DNA of 64,000 nt from the NCBI RefSeq assembly GCF_001949145.1, contig NW_019091362.1:1991838-2055837 (forward strand), read 5' to 3'. A program made the position numbers and the translations under genes. Within the stretch, counting starts at the first letter, position 1. Every line of letters starts with the position of its first letter. The notes below the pieces were generated by a model, which saw only the letters and a program-made list of their open reading frames with translations, made no database searches and was not told the origin of the DNA. Of this stretch, positions 23,001 to 31,770 are shown one piece after another. This stretch comes from Acanthaster planci (lineage: Eukaryota).

Positions 23001-26000
23001 NNNNNNNNNNNNNNNNNNNNNNNNNNNNNNNNNNNNNNNNNNNNNNNNNNNNNNNNNNNNNNNNNNNNNNNNNNNNNNNNNNNNNNNNNNNNNNNNNNNN
23101 NNNNNNNNNNNNNNNNNNNNNNNNNNNNNNNNNNNNNNNNNNNNNNNNNNNNNNNNNNNNNNNNNNNNNNNNNNNNNNNNNNNNNNNNNNNNNNNNNNNN
23201 NNNNNNNNNNNNNNNNNNNNNNNNNNNNNNNNNNNNNNNNNNNNNNNNNNNNNNNNNNNNNNNNNNNNNNNNNNNNNNNNNNNNNNNNNNNNNNNNNNNN
23301 NNNNNNNNNNNNNNNNNNNNNNNNNNNNNNNNNNNNNNNNNNNNNNNNNNNNNNNNNNNNNNNNNNNNNNNNNNNNNNNNNNNNNNNNNNNNNNNNNNNN
23401 NNNNNNNNNNNNNNNNNNNNNNNNNNNNNNNNNNNNNNNNNNNNNNNNNNNNNNNNNNNNACGTTCTTTTCCCTCTGATATTCTTCAAAGTTGAATTCTC
23501 CAAATGCAACGAGTAACACAATCGCAAATTACGTGGGAAAATAGCATTTTGTAGTAGGGTGATACCTTTGTAAACTTGAAAATAAATTTGTTTCCGTCTT
23601 TATAACCCTCGTCGTTGATAATGGTACTCAACTAACTTTGTGATAATGTTTCTCACTAGGTTTTTATTTCAATTTAATTTTAATTATTTTTCTCATTAAT
23701 AATTGCAAAATGCAACCCAATAAGTTGGAATAAATATATCATTTCGTTTCTGCTGCAAATCATGAATCACATTTTACAGAAATTAAACAAAACATTCTTG
23801 CCTTGGTGTCTCTCATTATTTTCTCACACAAACGTAATTTGGAGCAATTTGAATTTACTCCTGAGTGAAGTTGAAATAGTGTTACTATTCTATTCTCAAT
23901 AACAGATATGTGACATTTGGCATTTTAAAGCCTATTTCAAATATAATTAATATTATTATGGAGTCCATTTCCTTNNNNNNNNNNNNNNNNNNNNNNNNNN
24001 NNNNNNNNNNNNNNNNNNNNNNNNNNNNNNNNNNNNNNNNNNNNNNNNNNNNNNNNNNNNNNNNNNNNNNNNNNNNNNNNNNNNNNNNNNNNNNNNNNNN
24101 NNNNNNNNNNNNNNNNNNNNNNNNNNNNNNNNNNNNNNNNNNNNNNNNNNNNNNNNNNNNNNNNNNNNNNNNNNNNNNNNNNNNNNNNNNNNNNNNNNNN
24201 NNNNNNNNNNNNNNNNNNNNNNNNNNNNNNNNNNNNNNNNNNNNNNNNNNNNNNNNNNNNNNNNNNNNNNNNNNNNNNNNNNNNNNNNNNNNNNNNNNNN
24301 NNNNNNNNNNNNNNNNNNNNNNNNNNNNNNNNNNNNNNNNNNNNNNNNNNNNNNNNNNNNNNNNNNNNNNNNNNNNNNNNNNNNNNNNNNNNNNNNNNNN
24401 NNNNNNNNNNNNNNNNNNNNNNNNNNNNNNNNNNNNNNNNNNNNNNNNNNNNNNNNNNNNNNNNNNNNNNNNNNNNNNNNNNNNNNNNNNNNNNNNNNNN
24501 NNNNNNNNNNNNNNNNNNNNNNNNNNNNNNNNNNNNNNNNNNNNNNNNNNNNNNNNNNNNNNNNNNNNNNNNNNNNNNNNNNNNNNNNNNNNNNNNNNNN
24601 NNNNNNNNNNNNNNNNNNNNNNNNNNNNNNNNNNNNNNNNNNNNNNNNNNNNNNNNNNNNNNNNNNNNNNNNNNNNNNNNNNNNNNNNNNNNNNNNNNNN
24701 NNNNNNNNNNNNNNNNNNNNNNNNNNNNNNNNNNNNNNNNNNNNNNNNNNNNNNNNNNNNNNNNNNNNNNNNNNNNNNNNNNNNNNNNNNNNNNNNNNNN
24801 NNNNNNNNNNNNNNNNNNNNNNNNNNNNNNNNNNNNNNNNNNNNNNNNNNNNNNNNNNNNNNNNNNNNNNNNNNNNNNNNNNNNNNNNNNNNNNNNNNNN
24901 NNNNNNNNNNNNNNNNNNNNNNNNNNNNNNNNNNNNNAAGTTCCTTTTCCTTTAATTTCACTTTCTGCTGTTAATCATGAATCACATTTCACAGAAAGAA
25001 AAGTGTCCCTCATGTTTTTCTCACACACAAACGTAATTTGGAGCAATTTGAATTTGCTCATGAGTGAAGTTGAAATAGTGTTACTATGCTATTCTCTATA
25101 ACAGATATGTGACATTTGGCAGTGCAAAGCCTATTTCAAATATAATTTATATTAACATGGAGTCCATTTCTTTCCTTATTTCATAGAATCCCATTGGAAG
25201 AAGAGGCATGGCAGTAGTGAGTTTGAAAGTTTAATAAATTCCTAACTAAAATATTATGATTCTGACTGTGAGCCCAAGCAGTTGGTTTCATGTTTTCCTT
25301 GAGATATGTTTAGGCTCATGCCACATTGCAGTCCATTACTGTTATTAATTTTTGTCTATTTGAAGCAACTATTTACGATGTACCGAGACATCAGAACTAC
25401 AATGCTGCAAACTTAAGTTGCACATTTTAGATTAGTGACAAAAAGGTTTCACGGGATCAAGTTTGAAATTTCTTATCAAATATCGGCGAAATTTTGGTCA
25501 TTGATCAAATTGCTGTCCGACAAGTCATTGTATCTGGTGTGAGGATGCTCCATGAATTATGCACACGTGTAATGTAGCTCTTATTGTCGTGTTGGTATCT
25601 GGTATTTAGGTTTCAAATCTCACGTTGTCTTAGGAAGATCCAAACAGTTTTTATTCGTTTATTTTCAGGCTCATCTGGACGGAAGAAGCACAGGAAAAGT
25701 GAGTCCGTCTGTGAAAATGTCTGCATCCTTACTTTCTTTTATACTTTTGGTAGATGGGTATCGTTTTGTTTAACCCCACATTCCATAGGGTTCAGTGAAA
25801 ATTGATTAAAGTGATGAGAAAATCCCTTTTCTTTGTCTGATATCTTGTTTGCCATCTAAACCTCCGTGTCTTGATCAGCGTGAGTATTTAAAATACAACA
25901 GCGGGTCCCGTGTCGTAGTTCTGCGCTGTCATTTACTAGCGGTGCAGTGCATCCAATCTCCCGATCTGGTCTGGAACTATTAAACCGACCAAGAACATGT

Positions 26001-29000
26001 CTTTTTCCCATAAATATGTACCATTTTAGTAAAAGATTCAAACGAATTTAATATGCCATAAATTTCGACAAATTTGTTCAAAAATTTTTCTTTTATTTCC
26101 CCGAACTCTCCCGTCAATTTGATGGTATATTAGTTGTCCAGAAGAAAAATTATGGATCTGGCGCACGCGTGGTGAGTTCTGCGTGCTGCGTGCACACAGA
26201 CTCTTAACCAATTGGAATCGCTTATTAATCTCATCTCATAATAATACGTGGACTGAAGAGGGCGTGAAGCTAGTTCGCTGTCCGTCCTGACCATTTGGCC
26301 CTGGTCGGCCTGACTTTCAATGTCCAAATTCGTCTAAATTGCGTTTCGGTTTAAAAGTTATGCAGGCTTGTCTAATCATTATATGTGTTGCTGCAGCCTG
26401 CAGTAACACATCTGATCGGCATTATCCCTAAAGCCCCCCAATTGGCTCAATACCAGTACCCGTGTGTATTGGTCGTGGTGCCCCAAGTTTTTATACGCCA
26501 CGCACGACACGCCACGGAATGACCGTACCGTGTACGGCAATTTTACCAGTGCGTGCCAGCATTGTACACGTACGTAGGCTTAGAACATTCTGCGGGAAAG
26601 TAAATTGTGCGTGTGCGATGTCCATGTTTCCCTTAGGTCAACACGAGACAAAAAGGATGTCCTGATTATAATTGTTCGCAAATGTACGTCACACCTAACG
26701 CCATCATTTGTCAGGATTGAAACATTAATTTGAGGGGTTAAGGAAAGTAATATACCAAAGGGATTTTTTTCCAGATTTACATCCACTACCGTATTCAATG
26801 CGTGCTAGAAATATTTAAATCAATTAATTATTAATTAATCAGCAACCTTGCAATACACATTCGGCGAAAACACCTTAATAACAATCCAGTATTTGTTTCT
26901 TTTTAGTGTGAAGGTATTAATGGAAATTCATATATTCATCCACGTCCAATTTGTAACCCTTTGCTGTAGATGATGCTTGGTTACCAGCAGATGTACTCTA
27001 CATGAATACCCAAACTCATCCTTACCTTTCTTTTGGTCTCTATTTGAAACTTTCAACTTAATCATCATGTAATGGCGAAAGGTACCAAACAAAATGGGGA
27101 TTTAAACTGAAGTTCATTTTCTTTGCGTCACTTTCTTCACGGTATTGTGTTGATTTCTTTCTTTCTTTTAACCTTTTCTCTTCATTTCCATTTTCCGCTG
27201 CCTAGAAGCACTACAAAAACAGTAGTTCAGTGGTTTTTGTTCATTTATCGAGTTTTTGTCGCATTTTAATCCCAAACCTAACATTTTCGCTGTTGGTGAT
27301 GCTTGCTCATAAGTGATCTATGTTTAAATTGAAAATCTTCACTTTCATCTATAATGACATGTAATTGCAAACGTACCAAACAAAACTCGGATTTAAAACC
27401 CCGAAGTTTATTTTCGTTGCTTGAAATCGACCATTCATGCTGAACAGAAACAAAGCATAGTAAAGTTCGTGTGACTTTTTTATTTCAAGTGGAATCAGAA
27501 ATCATATTCTTCTGTCACTCTCTTCATGTTGCCAAACCCTGCGTCAATTTCTTCATGGTATTGTGCTGCTGTATTCCAGTTTTGTATTTTTGATGTGTTC
27601 TCCTACTTATCTTTTTCAGCTGTCAAGAAGTACCGCAAGAAACGTAAGTTCAGCGGTCTTGCTACTGTTAAAGCCTTTGTTACATTTTATGTTATAAAAA
27701 AATGAAGCCAAATATCCTAGTTTAAGAGCAGCTACCTCCTTTCGTTACGAATGTAGTAGAAATGGTTTTTAAACTGCCTTCTATGTTTTACTTTGATGCT
27801 CTTATTGGATTCACTCTCTAAATAAGTCGGTTTAATCAAAAAATAATTAAAATTTATATATTTAAGTAGATTGGAAGTGAGCGCAATGTTAAACACTAGC
27901 TTCTAGATGTTTGTATGTTTTTCCTGCCTTGTCAAGAGATGTTTTTTCTTGTTTTGTTTGTTGTGAAATACATTCCTCTAAATCCTTTTTCGGGCAGAAT
28001 TATCTAAAAAGAACAACTGCTAAAAAAGAAACTGCAAGTTATATTCACAAGTGTTTATTTTGTTTTTCATGTTTTGACTATTTTGAAAACAAACCTTGGA
28101 TCGGCCAAATGTACAGTTGGTCCACAAAATAATTTTCCATTGTTTTACCATGCTGACAGTCGTTGGCGTAAATCTATGCCGGGGACTGGGGATGGAGCAC
28201 TATTTCAACTCACAAAAAAGCCCGGCCGTGTACATTCCAAACGCGGGGGTATTGATGGACGCTGTATAACACCAGGGGGCGCTGTTCATAATACTCATTG
28301 TAAACCCATTTAAACTTGCACCCTTACAAATCGACCCATCTAAAGCTTATGCACTTTTTGTGGCTTTTCATTATTAATGAAATAGTGTTGTTGGGCAGTT
28401 CAGAGTATACTTCAGAATGCGCCATTTTTTTTTCTCATCACAAAAAGTGAGGGGATGATCCAGTATAGCCCATGACTGGTCAAAAAGCAAGGGGATGTAC
28501 ACCCATATCCCCATCCACAGAATTTACGCCCGTGCTGAGAGTTAGTTTACAGGGAGCCATATTTTGATATGAAATGCCGACATTTGGCGCGCTTACACCG
28601 GTTATATAGTTTTCGTAATAATGCCAAACTGGTATACATTACTTTGCAGGTTATCGAAGACGGTCTGGAAGCGGTAGTGGTACGTTAACTTGTTCTTTTC
28701 ACATTCATATGTACATTGTGTCTGTCTTGTTCACCTCTGTCTTTGTGTAACAGTGTGTAGCAATGGCGTAGGTAGGCTTTGGAGGGGGTCAAGGAGTGGG
28801 AGGGCAGTTGCTCCTTTTGACTCCATGCACCCTTTAGGTATGCCACTGACTTTGTACAACGGGCGGCTCATTCACAAACATGTTGAATAGGTCAGTGTCT
28901 ACACCAGAGTTACGCGTATAGTACCGATGACTTGGAGATGAGTGACCTCCCTCTCCCCCAAAAGCTCGATTTTTCTGAGGGGCAGGGGAGTTCCCGGGGG

Positions 29001-29200
29001 GTTGTAGTTTCCCCTGTACCCCCCCCCGCGGCTACGCCACTGGTGTGAGGGGGAGACGACACACTGCCCATAAACTTAATCAATGACGTCAAGATTTGTT
29101 TACATTGTGCGTTCTTATGTGCCCCATTAGAAAGCGCACACGCAAACAAAGCGTGATGTTATTATTTCTTTCAGGTCTGTTGTATTTTGTGGGTGCCTAG
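1968..29200 (+). CDS. Gene 1 (spliced, 5' end outside window): (EGF)n - F-type lectin - antistasin - unknown domain - polybasic micro-exon tail; probable extracellular mosaic protein
   Basis: Chain of AG/GT-bounded phase 1-1 exons that join in one frame: EGF 1968-2081, 2636-2749, 5027-5140, 7942-8055; FTP 16026-16172, 17719-17811, 18320-18553; antistasin 19443-19526; 19783-19968; 20097-20378; micro-exons 20770-28679; stop TAG 29198-29200. No signal-peptide exon seen in the window. Confidence 0.8.
2636..2749 (+). CDS. Gene 1 exon: EGF-like domain
   Basis: atag|ATCC...CCAG|gtacgt, 114 nt; [38 protein letters not shown]. Confidence 0.9.
5027..5140 (+). CDS. Gene 1 exon: EGF-like domain
   Basis: 114 nt, [42 protein letters not shown]. 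Confidence 0.9.
6142..6253 (+). pseudogene. Frameshifted EGF exon copy (112 nt)
   Basis: CATGGGGTGCCAC instead of CATGGAGAGTGCCAC (2-nt loss) gives [14 protein letters not shown] with TAG at 6183-6185; splice sites intact; could be an assembly error. Confidence 0.75.
7942..8055 (+). CDS. Gene 1 exon: EGF-like domain (last of array)
   Basis: 114 nt, [42 protein letters not shown]. Confidence 0.9.
9104..9830 (-). mobile_element. 3' fragment of a CR1/L2-like non-LTR retrotransposon
   Basis: Minus-strand [34 protein letters not shown] resembles the SF..G...WN.LP..LR C-terminal motif of CR1-group ORF2; ends in an (AATA)n-type tail at 9104-9130; boundaries approximate. Confidence 0.6.
10240..14560 (+). 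mobile_element. Near full-length, degenerate RTE/BovB-clade LINE (APE endonuclease + reverse transcriptase) in gene 1 intron
   Basis: [104 protein letters not shown]; many stops and frameshifts; 5' boundary approximate. Confidence 0.92.
12178..12860. mobile_element. Solo LTR (683 bp) inserted in the RTE element
   Basis: Starts TGTTA, ends TAACA, flanked by 4-bp direct repeat CGGA (12174-12177, 12861-12864); removing it restores the RTE frame [10 protein letters not shown]. Confidence 0.8.
14690..15105. repeat. Diverged direct duplication (~130 bp, period ~287 bp)
   Basis: ATCTCTCGTTC...TGAGGATGAATT...GCACGAACAC...ACAATCGGTTGTCCCTGG present at ~14690-14822 and ~14977-15105. Confidence 0.7.
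15767..15930. mobile_element. Palindromic MITE, family A copy 1
   Basis: Long inverted arms GAGTTTGCAACGCGTTTGGCCAATCACA / TGTGATTGGCCAACGCGTTGCAAACTC; related copy at 20432-20604. Confidence 0.75.
16026..16172 (+). CDS. Gene 1 exon: F-type lectin (FTP/fucolectin) N-terminal part
   Basis: tacag|GTTC...ACCG|gtaag, 147 nt; [49 protein letters not shown] (GKP.QS, A.KAVDG, CTHT motifs). Confidence 0.9.
16460..17460 (+). mobile_element. Internally deleted RTE-clade LINE reverse transcriptase fragment
   Basis: [64 protein letters not shown]; disrupted. Confidence 0.85.
17719..17811 (+). CDS. Gene 1 exon: F-type lectin middle part
   Basis: ctcag|AGGC...TGCA|gtaagt, 93 nt; [31 protein letters not shown] (canonical PWWRVDL and NRxDCC). 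Confidence 0.92.
18320..18553 (+). CDS. Gene 1 exon: F-type lectin C-terminal part
   Basis: tacag|GCGA...CCAG|gtgagt, 234 nt; [12 protein letters not shown]...NPTCG...[40 protein letters not shown]. Confidence 0.92.
19443..19526 (+). CDS. Gene 1 exon: antistasin-like module
   Basis: ttcag|CCTG...GTAG|gtaagt, 84 nt; [28 protein letters not shown] (C-x3-C-xx-GF-xx-D-x-NGC-xx-C-x-C). Confidence 0.88.
19783..19968 (+). CDS. Gene 1 exon: acidic patch + first half of an unidentified domain
   Basis: cccag|AGAT...ATAG|gtaag, 186 nt, phase 1-1; [62 protein letters not shown]. Confidence 0.8.
20097..20378 (+). CDS. Gene 1 exon: second half of unidentified domain, turning basic
   Basis: aatag|TTAC...CGAG|gtaag, 282 nt, open; [26 protein letters not shown]...[21 protein letters not shown]. 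Confidence 0.8.
20432..20604. mobile_element. Palindromic MITE, family A copy 2
   Basis: TTTCACAAT...GAGTTTGCAGCGCGTTGGCTAATCACA / TGTGATTGGCCAATGCGTTGCAAAC...ATTGTGAAA; central loop inverted relative to the 15767 copy. Confidence 0.75.
20770..20814 (+). CDS. Gene 1 basic micro-exon A (45 nt)
   Basis: aatag|GAAA...CGAG|gtaagt; [15 protein letters not shown]. Confidence 0.8.
21849..21878 (+). CDS. Gene 1 basic micro-exon B1 (30 nt)
   Basis: polypyrimidine catag|AATC...AGCA|gtgagt; [10 protein letters not shown]. Confidence 0.8.
22127..22197. repeat. (CAAA)n microsatellite
   Basis: Interrupted AAAC repeats. Confidence 0.85.
22429..22464 (+). CDS. Gene 1 basic micro-exon C1 (36 nt)
   Basis: ttgtag|GCTC...AAGA|gtgagt; [12 protein letters not shown]. 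Confidence 0.8.
25187..25216 (+). CDS. Gene 1 basic micro-exon B2 (30 nt)
   Basis: catag|AATC...AGTA|gtgagt; (K/E)SHWKKRHGS; ~90 nt of upstream intron nearly identical to that of B1. Confidence 0.8.
25669..25698 (+). CDS. Gene 1 basic micro-exon C2 (30 nt)
   Basis: tttcag|GCTC...AAAA|gtgagt; [10 protein letters not shown]. Confidence 0.8.
27198..27221 (+). pseudogene. Dead duplicate of micro-exon F
   Basis: ttttccg|CTGCCTAGAAGCACTACAAAAACA|gtagttcagtgg versus F ttttcag|CTGTCAAGAAGTACCGCAAGAAAC|gtaagttcagcgg; acceptor CAG>CCG and AAG>TAG; upstream intron also duplicated. Confidence 0.65.
27620..27643 (+). CDS. Gene 1 basic micro-exon F (24 nt)
   Basis: tttttcag|CTGT...AAAC|gtaagt; TVKKYRKK. 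Confidence 0.78.
28650..28679 (+). CDS. Gene 1 basic micro-exon G (30 nt)
   Basis: ttgcag|GTTA...AGTG|gtacgt; [10 protein letters not shown]. Confidence 0.72.
29175..29200 (+). CDS. Gene 1 probable stop-containing exon (exon extends to donor at 29321)
   Basis: tctttcag|GT CTG TTG TAT TTT GTG GGT GCC TAG = GLLYFVGA*; downstream CCAGG|gtgagt donor. Confidence 0.55.
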
Positions 29201-29949
29201 CTGCAGGATTTGATTAAAGGCCATAATGAATACATCAGACAATAATGCATTTTTAATTTTGTCGCTCACACCAGATTAGACGGAGAGAGTCGAAAGAAAA
29301 TGGATTGGAATCGGCACCAGGGTGAGTGTACTAACGCAGTGAAAGAGAAGTGTGAAGTGGTTTAGTCGCTTTGACTCAAATTCTTACACTCCATGTTAAT
29401 AAGTACATAAGCAACGGAGCAAATACGTTTAATATGGGATTAATAACAGCAAGTTATAGCTCCATGAAAAGTTAGAATTGCGAATATCAACAGAACTTTA
29501 GTCTCGCTACTTGCATGGCATGCAGGCACGAAAATTCAATCGATTTATCAGCATTCTGCCTTAATGTGCGATGCCTAAAGTAAAGCCCTGTTGAAAAAAA
29601 TCAGAATCTTAGAGAGTTTCAACATATTCACCTTGAAAGAACTACTCACAAATTTAGGATGTAATGTAAAAATTGTGTGGTTTGGCCCCATGTGCTTCGA
29701 ATGTACGTCAGTACCTTAAACCCAAGGCAACACAACAAGTAGTTCATTCATTCATCACATCTAGACTTGACATGCACAATGCTACCTATTATAGTATCCC
29801 ATAGTAGCGATTACACAAACTTTGAAAGGTACAGGTCACTCCTGCTTGACTGGTTACACAGTGCCCTCGCACTCATAGGCTGGGCTTCACGTACATTGTC
29901 AGACCAGCCAACCTCTGAAATCACAAAACTGTATACTGAAAATGCCAAA

Positions 29950-30340
29950 GTTGTATTTTTCACTTTACAAAATCGTATTTTTCAAAAATAAGTATATTTT
30001 TCCGTGATCGGTTCGACCAACTCTGGATCGAGTCAATACTTCTTCACGCATAACATTAATCAGGCGACAAATCTATTATCGAGGTTTGTGGACTGGGAGA
30101 GTTGGCCCTTTTCCCATCTGATTCGCCAACGTTTTCAAAATCTGAATACTTTGTTACAAAGAATGCACATTGCGCACGTCCAGGCTTTCGGGGTTTCCGT
30201 ACGGGGATTTGAGTCTACCGCACGCAAATCTCCGATGTAATGCACCCACTTCCATTTCCGAGGATTCGTAACTTCAGGACCGGTCTTATCAAAGTTTGAA
30301 TCTAAGTCAGAGATTAGTTTGGACACTTTATACATTTGTG
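29950..30340 (-). mobile_element. Possible decayed DNA-transposase N-terminal (BED/hAT-like zinc finger) fragment
   Basis: Minus ORF RKWKW...AMCILCNKVFRF resembles CxxC zinc-finger starts of hAT-like transposases; stops follow. Confidence 0.3.
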
Positions 30341-31648
30341 TTGCACTGACATTTTGCTCAGTTTATATCCAAAATTGTTTGGAATCTCCATGAAATCTCG
30401 TACGAAACAATGCATGTAGAGCATGCAAAAGCGCGATAATGCACGACTGTACGACTTTTCCCCGCACTTGTCACGAAGCTCTCTATCGGAGAAAGCGAAA
30501 ATATACTAACCTTATTTCAAGCCGCAAATTTACGGTGAAATGCATCACGCGTTATAGGGAAGATTGTTAGTCGACCAACTCTGCTGACGAAGGAACGAAA
30601 ATAAACGTGAATATTGATATTTCATGGGTAGCCCATCAGAGCACAACGATAGCATGGTTCTACAATTCTTGCACTGATAACTGTTAGCACGTATACGTAC
30701 ACACATCATGTCAACGCGGTATGTACCGGGCTGCGCCATGGCTGGTGGGCCTGCAGTACATGTACGTGTATGTTGAAAGTACTGTAGCGCCGGCGGGTTC
30801 GGCCAGTGGGGGCGCCAGCTCGGACCCGCATGGAGTTGGCTGGCTGCCCGCGCTGGTATGCGAACGACCCGCAGTTTTCCCGCCTTGCGCCTGCGCAGTC
30901 CCTGCCGACAGGCGCCATGTTTAGAGTTGAGCTGAAAACGCATTGTTGTGGATGACAGCATTAAAACAGATTTCGTGACCAAAACAGCGAGTTGCGGCTG
31001 TGTATGATTCTATACCAGCGTTGAACCCTGATCAGTAGGACACGCTACAGTACACACAGGCCCTACATGTACATGTCATCTCTCCAAATTTGGATGGTAA
31101 AATTCGGCCTCTTAATTTCTGGTAGTTTGAAAACAGGGAGACACTGAAATGTCTCCCTAAAAGCCAAAGTCTCCCTAATGCTGAAAAATTTACCACAAAA
31201 TGTCTCCCAAATGACCTATTTGTAAATATAATGCTTACTTTTTCTTGAGTTTTCACGTGTTACATATAAACGAGAATACTACAAAAAATCAACATCTGAC
31301 AGCACCAAAAAGCCGTACGCACGCCCCCTATCCCCCCGTACGCTTTGTACGACCGTGAAAATGTTGGAAACTTGTATTTTGTACTCTTTAATTTGATTCC
31401 ACTTAGCCTATTCTGGTGTTTTTAACAGAACCGTGCGTGTTACAAATTTAATATTACTATTAATGTCAATGACACAAAGTAAACAGCTTGCCAGTCAGAT
31501 TTTGGGATTTTGTTCAGGTGTTACACAAAATAAAAACAGTCCAATTGTGCATAATTTATCATTTAGATTTATTAAAAGGTCATTAAAAGGTAATAACAAA
31601 TGTGTTTTCTGGATTAATGTTTTGTACTCTTTTTTGTTCTCTCCTTAG

Positions 31649-31770
31649 ATTCTGTGAACTTTGCAGGATCCTCGGAGGACACACGACATGAAATGTATTT
31701 TCATGATTACATTTTAATTTTAGCTAAATTTACGAAATTGCTTGTTTCTGTGCATGTGGTTTCTCTTTAG
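31649..31770 (+). other. Gene 1 probable terminal exon (3' UTR, or alternative coding end)
   Basis: Strong acceptor ctcttttttgttctctccttag|ATTCTGTGAACTTTGCAG; resembles gene 2 last exon (ATTCAGTGAGCCTTGCAG); open in phase 1 to TAG 31768-31770. Confidence 0.55.

Noticed and set aside
22568..24974. Long ORFs (290-358 aa) in the ORF track, also at 3.7-4.1, 5.8-6.0 and 7.0-7.8 kb
   Set aside because: Artefacts of translating N gaps
27998..28040. Lys-rich stretch after an AG that might be another basic micro-exon
   Set aside because: Phase-1 reading hits TAA and there is no good donor
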